Source: Marsupella aquatica
Lineage: Eukaryota; Plantae; Marchantiophyta
Length of the DNA: 64,000 nt
Reading direction: 5' to 3'
Assembly: GCA_973895155.1 (NCBI GenBank)
Contig: OZ316898.1
Span: forward strand, 1,587,927-1,651,926
Part shown: positions 52,747 to 64,000 of the stretch, piece after piece
Layout: each line of letters starts with the position of its first letter
How positions within the stretch are numbered: position 1 is the stretch's first letter
Notes under the pieces: model-generated
Databases searched by the model: none
Seen by the model: the letters and a program-made list of their open reading frames with translations, nothing else
What the model was told of the DNA's origin: nothing
Position numbers and translations under genes: made by a program

Positions 52747-54997
52747 ATGGTCGGAATGGCAGACGAGCAGCAACAAAACGATAGCGATGGAGAAGGAGGA
52801 ATTCCGGACCAGACAGACGAGGAAGGAGGAGTCATTTTTGTGCTAGAAAAGGCATCTCTGGAGGCCGCGAAAGTGGGCAAGGTGCGTGTGTTTTGCTTTT
52901 TGCATTCACAAAACTACTCATGAACCCTGAGTTTCGAACAAAGCGAGACGAATTGTCGCTGATCTTGAATAGTGGGGAGGGGGTTTTCGCGATTCGTGTC
53001 CTGATTTTGCTTCTCCTTTCGTGTGTTGAAAGGTTCGCTCTATTGTTGATTTGCAAGGGTCTGTTGGACTTCGCTGTACTCGTTGCAATTACTGAGAAGT
53101 TTCAAATACGCAATTTTCCTTGCTTCAGACATATCAGCTCCTAAACTGCGACGACCACGCGAATTTTCTTCGGAAGCACAAGCGAGATCCTGCACTGTAC
53201 CGTCCTGATATTGTGCATCAGGTCTGTGTCGGAAACCGTGATTTTTTTTAAATTTCTGAAGAGGATTTGCGGCATTTTTGAGGCAGCTACATTCCAACGT
53301 TGTTATCATATCTTCATATGTCAATTGCTTATCAGTGATGCGGCATCTTCTCTAAACCCTAAACCCTAAATTCGTCCCTTCTCGCCCCTTGCCCGGCAAT
53401 TCGAATTGTTAAGCTGATGTTCGATTCTTCGGTGAAGAAATCAGGCTCTCTTGGCCATTCTTGATAGTCCACTCAACAAAGCTGGTCGGTTGAAGGCGCT
53501 GTACGTGAAAACTGATAAGAATGTGTTGATCCAAGTCAACCCCCACATTCGTATACCTCGGACCTTTAAGCGGTTCTGTGGCCTTATGGGTGAGTACAAT
53601 CCTCATTCTCATTTGTATCCTTTCTTGTCAGTTTGTTCTATGCAATATTTCCGTAGCAATTGAGTGTTGAGATTAGGGTGACGGGTGAACAGTTGAAGGG
53701 TCCTGCATACGCCTGTGGTTTGGCCTTTGTCTGCGGAGAAGTGACATCTTACAACCAGGGGAGAACTCTTAGAGATCTGCTCCTCTCAGCGCTCAGATAT
53801 CTTTACCAGCTCAGCTTTGGAGTGGTGTGCATGAATGCAGTTCAATTATTGCAAAAGCTTAGCATACGGGCAACAAATGGGCCTGATAAGCTACTGCGCG
53901 TCGTCAAGCAGCCTGTTACTCGATACCTTCCACTTGGTGCACGACGAGTTGGTATGACCTTTGTTTCAAATATCCTTTTTGTTGGTAACTTCTACGCTGC
54001 ATCGTTGAAAGGCAGTGACCAGTTGCAAGTTTTGAAGTGTCGGAAGGTTCTCAAAGTGAGAAAATAGACGGATATATGAAAGATTGTACATCCAAGCCAC
54101 TGAGATCAGTTTGGTTGGTACCAATGTGCAGTATTAGGCTTGCTTACATTGGCTGGTTATTTTCTCAGGTTTACACGAGATGCTCGTTTGTTGTTAGTCG
54201 TTTCTGAGAAGTAAGATTGTGAACTAGTTCGTGGGAATTTGGAAACAGGAATGTCATTCAGCGCCCCAAAGGTTGTTCAGTTGAAGGAATATGTTGCTGC
54301 ATCCGCGACCAAGCATAACTTGGTCTTTGTGGTCAGTTCTCCCATTACTTTTGTTTTTCTGCAACCTTCGCCTATCCAATCAAGTGTCGACATCATGGAG
54401 CTTTTGATATTCTGGAGTAAGAAAGCTTTCTCATAGCACTTTGGTATGGCTGAATAGAAAGTGACAAATCGGTCCTTGGATTATTGGATTTACTTTGTTA
54501 CCCCCGTCCAGCTCTGATGCTCTAGTCCATTTGTTTCCAGGTTGGGGCCATGGCGCACGGGAAGATAGAAGTTGATTACCTTGATGATTTCGTAGCAGGT
54601 ACGGTTTCCTAAGCTGATTCTAAGTGTGCCTTTGCGCTACTTGATCTTTTTGCTAGCAGGATGTTGCTGGTTACGTGCTAGCAGCATTTCTCTTTGTGTG
54701 CCTTAAGTGCAATCCATCTATCGCAGTTTGAACGTATCCGTTTGGTGTCCATGTTTGTCCTCCAAGTGTTCATCAATAGACTTTGGAAATGTCAAGAGTG
54801 TTGCCCAAGGTTGTTCTTGATTCCCCGCTATATCTTTTATTGTCAAAATATTATGGCATTTTTTGGAAGGGTAACCTAATGTTGATTGTTCGTGCTCCTT
54901 TGGATGGCGATGTGCAGTATCAGGGTACCCTCTTAGTGCGGCATGTTGCATTGGGCGTATTTGTAACGCCTTGGAGTTGCACTGGGGCATTTTATAA
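52747..54997 (+). CDS. EMG1: 18S rRNA pseudouridine N1-methyltransferase NEP1/EMG1 (SPOUT family)
   Basis: Exons 52747-52881, 53129-53221, 53445-53589, 53841-53951, 54249-54331, 54541-54598, 54918-54997, all in phase; [44 protein letters not shown]. Confidence 0.96.
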
Positions 54998-57797
54998 ATG
55001 CAATTATAACATGCTTGGGCAATTAGGTTTAAGAAGTTACTCATTTGCATGTGGCACTGGAAGATGAGGACTACACAACCTGAATTGAAGGCCTTGGGAT
55101 AATCCTCCAATGTAAACTATTAATAGAAAAACAGAAGAAAAGAAAATCAAAAAGCCTTAGTACTTGACAAAATCTACTAATGTTAGTCTCATTGCAAAGC
55201 TATTTCTAATTCTCCAGTAGAGCCCATGCGACTATGGACCTCCAAGAGTGAATTATTCATAGTGTTTGGAAGACACCCACATTCCTGGGACTACTGTAGC
55301 TTGCGTCAGTCAGGGATTGAATGACATTATTGACTGTTCGCCATATGAAGATTTGTGTTTGTGTGGGTTCGCCATAACTTGAAATGTACTACCACCTGAG
55401 GGAACGGATGGTACAGAACGCCGGGAGGAGTATCGGCCACTGACGGTTGGCACAACCGGAGTTCGCGTATTCTTGGCTGAAGAGCTTGAATAGGAAGAAT
55501 TCTGTAGTTGTGAAGAAGTGATCAGCTCTACATACAGATGTGGGGTCAAATGTTTTAATCGCCAGGGTGAATAAACTTCAGAGTCTCGAGTCATAACATA
55601 GATGCAGACGGGTATGTCCTTGAAGAAAAGCATGGACGTACGTAAACAGTGAGAGTCCCGAAGACTTACACCCCTGATCGAAATTCAAGAATGAGCAGCC
55701 AAGCTATCAGTAGAGCTTTTTTATTTGAAAATCTGTTGTGTTCTTAAAACTCCTCCCAGACTCAATTGCGTTGAGACTTTTTGACACATAAAAATCGTTG
55801 CCAAGACTCACAGGTGGTATTCACTTGTCTATACAACCTTTTTCTGTTTTCCTTTGAAGTCTGTAACGTACAAGATAAACACCATTCCGCACCACCTCTG
55901 ACCTGATACACACGAGAGCCATAGTTTTAACTTTGCACTTCGCTAACAGTAGTGCTGCACTGCTATGTTACCTGTCTCGAACCTGTTGTAACCACGACCT
56001 TTCAGATTCTCCACAAAACTTGGCAATGTATACATGGCTCCCAGCTGAAGATGGATGGCTATGGGGAGTTCTCCAAAGGTATGGTTCCTTTGTGGCCCTT
56101 ACTTTTCTTGCTGGAGCACAAGGACTCGTATACAATACCCAGCAGCATCAAGTTTTCGTCTTCATGCCTGTAATCCCCTGTTGCACACTTGACACGGGGA
56201 GATGAATCTATGGTCCCAAATTTCTGTCACGGATTAGGACATCTTATCAGCTCGAGCTCAAATAGTGAGCTCATATTCTATTCAATATTGAGGACAATTT
56301 TCATCACAGATTTTCTGGACTGACCAGGCATGACAAGCGATCCACATTCTGGAGAAAGCCAGAGTAATTTTGGGCCTAAAATGAAGATTTTTTTTGGTCA
56401 CATTCCTTTCACAAAGTGAAATTACGGGGCAGGCCAAGAGAACATTGGATGGGAAAAATGCAATAGGAAACACAGAAAGAACCCATCAAGCTTGGTGGCC
56501 AATTCATTCTGTTTCGTTTCCCCCAGGAGATATGTTTCCACTTCATGTTCCAGAACATTGAATCACAGAGTGTACTCCAATTGAACAAGGAAATTCAAAA
56601 TTATAGCCCAGGGTTGACAAAGTTCTAAGACTAAGCAAGTTCGTGATTGAATTAAATCTTACGCACTCTTAGTGGGTGTGTTGAGGCTACTATATTAATA
56701 GTTGTTTAAAGATGATTCAAGGTTGAATTTGAATTTGACTAACCTACTGGCAAGCAAGTCTTCCTTGGCATCATCTTTGTCTAGTTCTTCTGACTTAGTT
56801 GGCTCAGTATTGGGTGGGATGAGGATCTTGAGTGGCACCAGGCCGACTCACTCTTCAGGAACTTTTGTCTCTCTATAGTGTAATTTGCTATCAAAGTCTA
56901 CCTTTCATGATCTCCATAGAGTGAAGCCATAACGAGTAAGTTTTCTAGTAACATTTTTTGATAATTAGTCTATGTTGTGAATCAAAAATAATGTGCATGG
57001 GGGGGTGGTATGGCAGCCCTTCCTGTGCCTATGCACACGTAGTGGGCAAGTATAAAGAATGAGGAATCTGTTTTTATCATGGGTGTGTGGACTCTTTATG
57101 GAATTAGATGGGACAAAACAAAGAGATGTTGACAATTTAAATAAATACATCTCAGTCCGAATCTACTGTAAGTCCAATAACATGAAGTTACCCTAGTGTT
57201 GGGGACACCTCACCATACAACTGCTCGTTTCAATTGGTCAGTAGATTTAATTTCCAGGAAGCGCAACTTACCAAAAAAAATAAAATTCACCTATTGTGCA
57301 ATTGCATTATATATAAATATAGCATTCTCATTCTGGAACATGCTTGAGTTTTTGTTTGGTGTGATTTGAAAGTAAATAAAATATGAGAACATAACTAGAA
57401 ATATTGGTGCACAGTGACCAATGAAAAGTACAATCAAGGATGCTACGATGTCTGCACTTAATTCAATGTCCTCATGAAGACACCCATTTCAATAAAATCC
57501 ATAAACTTAAGAAAGAAAGACATAAGGGGAACTTAAGACACAATTAGAACCATTTTTCACATTCATGAGAATACTTTGTTCAAGTGGTGGAGCCTTTGGT
57601 TCATCATAAATCACAAACATTAAAATATATAAAGGGGTTACCAAAATAAGTTCAATATACTCTAGAATCCTAAAATTAAAGGGGTCCATAAATTAAATAA
57701 AAATGTATATTATACACAGGCTGCCCCTTGATAAGGCACATTGAAATATTAAAAACATATGACACCAAAACTCTGAAGAAGACAAAATTTGAAAGGT

Positions 57798-57856
57798 GAA
57801 TTGACCATATAGCATAGTCATCCAAGATGAATTGACCATATAGCATAGTCATCCAG
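57798..57856. repeat. 30-bp tandem duplication
   Basis: tgaattgaccatatagcatagtcatcca twice. Confidence 0.85.
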
Positions 57857-60049
57857 GAACATGAAAAGTTATTTTGTACTCTAGCAAAAAGTTTAAATTT
57901 TTAATGAAATAATTTTTAATGAAATACAAGTGATCTAATTTTTTTGTGACAAATATAAATAGGACATTGATTAGGAAGCCTGACATTGAAAAGTTGTGCA
58001 CATAAAATACAAGAATAAAAATACACATGTAAAAAAAAGTAATAATGAATAAAAAAAAATTAAGTCTATGGTATTGAGTTCTGCACATACTATACACCAG
58101 TAAAGATATTTATGTGCTTGTCTTAGATAATGACACTCAAATGCATTAAAACCATAAATTTAGGACACAAAACCATGAGTGAACTTAAAGACATGAGGAA
58201 TGCACTTTAATTAGATCATTTCTTTTTCACTAAGGGCTAGAACTTCCGTGAGCTTTGTTAAAGATGGATGATCAAAAGTATAGCAAAGATTGAAAAATTT
58301 AGAGGGGTGCCAAATTAAATTCAAAATCTAAAGTATACAAGGGATGCAGTTTGGTAAGACACATTGAATTAAAATACACAAAAAAAGAAGTTTGAATAAA
58401 ACAAAATATTAAAAGATGAATTTATTTCATAATAAGAAGTTTCAATAAGACAAAATCTGAAAGATGTATTAACCATATAGCATTTCAAAATTTTCACACA
58501 TTCTTTTTGTGTTGTAGTATAATTTCCACACATATTACTCACTGAAACCTATTTGTTCCTTTTTCCAAGAGTGTGTGAGTGGCTAGAAATTGTTTGCTAA
58601 CCAAGCTCTGTATTTGTGCGTATTGTATGACATTACCCCGAGACAACTTTGTGAACTTTGTCGATGGTACCGATCATGAGCTTTGACTTAATGACTTGTG
58701 ATCATGCTGACCCATTAATGCTGCTCAGCTATAAACCTGCTCGAATTCTATTCACTGAGCCACTGAGGTAGTCAGAGTTGTGATCAAGTTGATGAGCAGA
58801 TTGCCCATCTCCAATCACCGTTTCACAGTACTCGTAATTATATAGGAGCCGCACCTACTGGAGAAATCCTCCACTCTCCGTTTTGCAGCTCTGTTTCTAC
58901 CCAGCTCCGCGTAATTCAGCTGTAGATGGTACCCCTGTTTTTTTTTGTTCTAGGGTTTAGGGTTTAAGGGACCCTAAACCTAAACTGAATATACTTATTG
59001 ACAGGATCTATGGTCGGAATATACAATAGGAACTGGATATGATTGTTATTTTCTTTGTTCGTAACATTATATACCTGGGATACAATCTTGCCCTCAAGTA
59101 CCAGAGTTCAACCTCACATCCAAATTTAAATAAGATAAAAATAGAGGAGAGTGCAAAACTTCCCCAGGTGTAGAGTTCGAGTCCATCATGCTTCACAAAT
59201 ACGACACGCTCTACTTTTGGATTTAATAACACAATTATGAGTGATTCGTGTCAAGCTACAAATCAATGAGTACAGCTGGGCCTTGTAGCTAAGTGTCAAA
59301 TTATGTCATTATTTCTTGTGTACCATTCAGTTGATGCTCCCACCTAATATGCATAATTCAAGCCTGGTCCCTGTTTGATGATTGTGCTTCGTGGGGTGCT
59401 TGTGGTGTGTTCCTACTGCTTACTCTCAGGCTCCCAGCGACTCAGCTCTTCCTACTGTTTGATTGAGTACATTTCGTTGATCAATGTGAAGTGGAATGGC
59501 ACCTAATTACTGGCACTATTTTGCGTGTGTAATTATTGTTCCTTGATGTCGGGAGCCATCTATGTGGGGAGCCATCTATGTGGGGAGCCTTCGTTATTAA
59601 TTTACACTGGCCAGAATATGTGTTTATGCACAAGGAGGGCTCCCTATAATCAGATTGCCATTCTCGCCCCAACTCAGAAGAAAAGGCTCCCTATAACCAG
59701 ACTCCCATGCTAATGAATCACAAGAATAGTCCATGACTAACTCTCTCAGGAAGGTCTTGGTCACTTTTGGCAAAAAATTACTAATTTTTTTGGTCATCAT
59801 CCAAGGCCTGTCTTGGCCACTTTTGGCAAAAAGTCACTAATACAGTATTTTGTCATCTATATCCATTAGTCAAATCCCCACCTAGTCACATAGCCCATTG
59901 TTTAGTCAAAGTAGGACTGTTTTGTGAAATGTTAGTCTTTGGCACTCTTATGAAAATTCTATTGGTCTTTTTCCTTCAACCTCTTTTTACTACCGATTCC
60001 CCAAATTGACCATTAGTCTCAATCTGTCCCCCAAACTATTTTAATTATT

Positions 60050-60372
60050 ACATGACTCTCTTTCCTCTACTTAACCCGAGCATTGGGGATATTCCATATC
60101 CCGAGACACCATGCACATGTGAACACCATACAAAGTAATCGACATAGTGAGTACATGGTTCACCTCACGATTGAGGCTATGTCCACGGGAAAACAAGAGA
60201 CCTTTACTTCTCTCTTGCTCCACTCCAACAATGAACTGAAGATCCACCAGGGGCTGACATCAGCCCTGGTTATATACAACATGCATCACTGTTAACCTAA
60301 GCTAAATCCTAACCTGACTTAGCCTAACTATGGTTAGCCCTAGAGTCACAAGACTAAGAGCAATACTCAACA
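60050..60372 (-). mobile_element. Diverged LTR of the 9143/48420 family
   Basis: Reverse complement starts TGTTGAG and shares tagggctaacc.tagtt, ctcttg, gacatagcctca, gaggtgaacca, ctatgtcgattacttg. Confidence 0.65.
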
Positions 60373-61239
60373 CCAAGGTCATTCCACATTGCTTGTCTGC
60401 CACATGGCAAGGTGCTATCGGCCATGTAATGTGAGAAATTCAGCTGGCCCAGGTGTGTTCCTTATGGACGCCCATGAGGGGTCCGGCTTTTCCAAAAGTC
60501 CAGGCACTACAGCGCGCCCATCATTGTGACGTACGTACAACAAACGCCAGTGTCCTCACTTCTTTTCTTCTAACCCATCCTGCGCGAAGAAGTTAGGGTT
60601 TTTTAAAATTCAATTGTGCGAAATACTTTAAAATTTTTGTTGAAGAAATATACAAATGAGATGATCCAATTTTGAGAATTATAGGAACTATAATTATGGG
60701 TTTTTTAATACAAAAATTGAGAATATTCCTAGAATATTCCATAAAGTTAGGGGTTACAAAATACTAGAAATATATTTTAATTTGTTAAGTTTTAGAGTGT
60801 TCATTACTTGAAAACTTTGAGTGTGATATGGACCTCTCTTGGAGTGAGGCCCCCGAGACAACAAACACAATTAATCTTTGTTGGGAATCATAATAACTAC
60901 CCTGCCTTCTTGTTTGCGCCAATTTGGGAGAAAATTCTTGGTCACCACGCCATAAAATCAAGCTTCAAGGAAACAAAAACACATAAGACTAGATGAATTT
61001 TTTTTAACAAGTAAACGCTTTATTGACTTTTGTTGTTTTCTAGAAATAAAAGAATTATTTTTTATTACATAAATTAAAGAGTGCTTAAGAATAATGAAAT
61101 TCTTAATCTTGTAGAAAGGAAATGTAGTTATATAATCACCCAAATATTGTCTAGTTTTTCACACCTACAGAGAATAATCTAAGTAACCTAGTTGGAATAC
61201 CTTGAAAATGTACTTGTATTGTCTTGTCTTCATGGGGTG

Positions 61240-61830
61240 TTGGTTAGTCTTAAGGTTGAGGCCGGGGTAAATCCAAAGACCGCAAAGACAAGAAGAAGAC
61301 TATTAGCTGCCCAATAGTTGGCAAATGAAAGTAACTTCTCCATATGGCCACTTATCTTTGGTTGATAATGCCATCATGACCAGATTCATTGGACAATTGT
61401 GCACAAACTATTTTAAAGTGGAAAATCTCTGGGTTATTAAAGTGGCTAGGGGCTGTTCTGGATGAGCAGTGGGTGTATACCTTAGTTTTGGCTTATGGTA
61501 AGGTTATGTGTACCTGGGAGGCTTTATCGTGGACCTATTTACTAACAATTATTGAGCTTGAGACAAGACAATGGTCTGGAAGATTCTTAGACGTAGTTGG
61601 GTTACTTACCAAGTGGGTTGCTTGCTTACGCACACAAATGAGACTATTGAGCGACAATCGTGCTGAGAAGCAGGCTTGACTTTGTTAGGGGCTTTGTATG
61701 AAAGTTGTTGCTGATGGTGATAGAGGCACCGAGTTGGTTGCTCGTGGAGTTTCATGTAAGATTTTTGGCACCAAGGGTACTAAGGCAAGGGTAGTGAGTT
61801 TGGTGAAGGCGCTGGGTGGTTGGGTACACC
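61240..61830 (+). mobile_element. Possible decayed L1-like LINE fragment
   Basis: KV..W..L...D..GLLTKWV..L resembles the post-RT motif of plant L1 ORF2; weak. Confidence 0.3.
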
Positions 61831-63310
61831 ACTTTAGTTTTCAGTCAATAACTTAACATTTTTATAATATAATTTCAAAATACTTTGTCACTAAAGATTT
61901 TCAAATTTTATAACTTTGTCAGTGTAATATGCCACTTACACTGTTTTATATGTATTCCCTGGTTATGTTTGTGAAGTTATCATCTACTCACTATAAAACA
62001 ATGGTATATTTGCAAGTATAAAAAATATGGCTATTGTCAATTAGAACATCTTGTCAATGACAAAGTACTTAAAAGTTTTCATTTCTGGCACCTAAAACAG
62101 TAACCACAGCCTCTCTTCCCAAAGGATAAAAAATACACACCGCACAGCAACCAAAACAGAAATGACTAATACGGCCTACTGAAAAGCCAATTAATAACAA
62201 ACCACCCAAAAACTACCTCGCACCTGACAAAATGGAAAGTGGTCAAACTTTTTAGGATAAAACTATTCAAAATGGAAAAAAAATACTTCCTTGTTCCTTT
62301 GAGGCACTGACACAGTGACACATCCTCACTAATGATGGAGTGTAGACTATACATGTATAGCTTGAGCTTCATATACCCGATGTACTCTACTTTAGACACT
62401 TATTCACATGCATTCATTTAACCTTATAAACTTGTCTCATTTTGAGATGATTCACGGCCCAAGAAACTCAGGGATAAATCTGAACGCTCTCATAGACTCA
62501 GAAAAATCAATTTAAGTCAGGGATAAATCTGAAGGCTCTCATAGACTCTTGAGAAAAGTACAATTGTAAATGGCCCACCCACCATTTTTCATGGCACGAT
62601 TAAATATTATAGTGATTGATTATCTTGGGTTAAATGCTTCGTTGATAGGGAGAGTACCATAGTACTGTCTATTTGTACATCTTATCTTCCAGATAGAAAT
62701 AATTACTACTGTATGGCGTGTAAGCTGTACTTTATATAACTTGCACTTTATGTATAGTGTCGTACGAGTGTAATGTATTGCACTCTCTTCTAATTTGACC
62801 CTATTCATTTTTTTTTATAGTACCCAAACAAATAATTGCCTGGTTGTACCTGTTTCTTGCTATGCTTGAGTGCATTGCAAGCATTCCATGGGGTGCCATT
62901 TTTTTTATATGTGAAACACCCTACTATAATATGTTATCCTGCTCCTTTTCACTTTTTTCTGCCTACCAAATATCAATCATTCTAAAGAAGCAAGACTTAC
63001 TCGGGGACTTACTCATTGTGTCCATTAAATTCAAATGAGTTTATTAGGAGTTTCTGGTAAATAAACTAGCCAGTCCTGGACCACCGTTTGAGAGAATGAG
63101 CATGTAGTCACCCACCATCCATCTTAGTCGCTCATCGCCCCTTGGGACATGGGTCATACCTCCTCCCTTGCTACAAAAGTTTTACTCCTCCCTCCCTAGG
63201 ATTGTGCCAACCTGACATCACCCCTTCCTGGATCGTGCCAACTTACCTTAGGCCCTTGCCCATAAATTTAGTACAAAGGTAAAAGTAAATTAGGAGGCTG
63301 CACACTGTAC

Positions 63311-63747
63311 TAGGGTGTCTCAAATAAGTCCATTTTTGTGTTTTGACTGCACCCCTACATGTTGTGACTGGGACAATAATCATACCGGCAATATGACTAG
63401 TTAGGGACCAATTGTGAGGACGGACCAGTCATGCCCGGGACCATAAAAGACCCTTATTTCACAGTTCACTCATTTTTCCATACCCAAAACACAATTGTCC
63501 GTTTGTACCCTGTTGCCCATTTGTACCCTGTTGCGATCCCTACTGCCTAGTGGGTATGCCAATTTTTTTTGTTCGCCGGCTACTCTATTGTGTTTCCTGC
63601 AGAATTGGGGTTTGGTACAGTTGGGGGTGTGACGGGTCATGACTGGTTGGGTCTCAAATCTGTGGCGGACCAATCATGACCAATGTCACAAACCACAATA
63701 GTTCTATAGGACAAAACAGGAAAAATAAGCCTATTTGAGACACCCTA
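63311..63747. mobile_element. Tc1/mariner-like MITE
   Basis: TIRs TAGGGTGTCTCAAATA ... TATTTGAGACACCCTA, with similarity extending about 35 bp. Confidence 0.8.
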
Positions 63748-64000
63748 TAAAGATAGAGGCCATAGAGGCGAATATTAAACCTGATTAGAGTCTGAATCGT
63801 TACAGGAAACACACTTAGAGACTGCCATGACGGGCGAGGAGCCACTGGCACGGGCTTTTTATTAGGGCCGGTGGCCCCACGCGACGTGCGATGGGCGACG
63901 GGGCGAGAGGATCTGACGAGAAGACACGGAGGAGGGCGGTCAGGCTGTCCCTCATGGTTTTTAAAGGCCAGTCGACAGTCGAGCCCTCGTGAAAATTTTG

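Noticed and set aside
58950-58985. TTTAGGG repeats with an inverted copy
   Set aside because: Only a few units; too short to call a telomere or fusion relic

Overview
Eukaryotic land-plant nuclear DNA; a non-seed plant such as a bryophyte is inferred from a secretory-type polyphenol oxidase (PPO) and CRE-like retroelements. Intact genes are KXD1-like (+), glutamyl-tRNA reductase HEMA (-), porphobilinogen deaminase HEMC (-, coding region has no intron), plastid ribosomal protein PSRP4/bTHX (-) and rRNA methyltransferase NEP1/EMG1 (+). Genes carrying frameshifts are a receptor-like cytoplasmic kinase (-), an unknown repeat/coiled-coil/C2H2 gene (+) and a signal-peptide PPO with an atypical active site (+). 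Intergenic DNA holds a near full-length RLE-type (CRE-like) non-LTR retrotransposon with several 3' fragments, a solo-LTR family, MITEs and many local tandem duplications. The most notable observation is that two non-homologous tetrapyrrole-pathway genes, HEMA and HEMC, are adjacent and co-oriented about 7 kb apart, with a third plastid-targeted gene next to them. All calls were made by eye; no database search was run.
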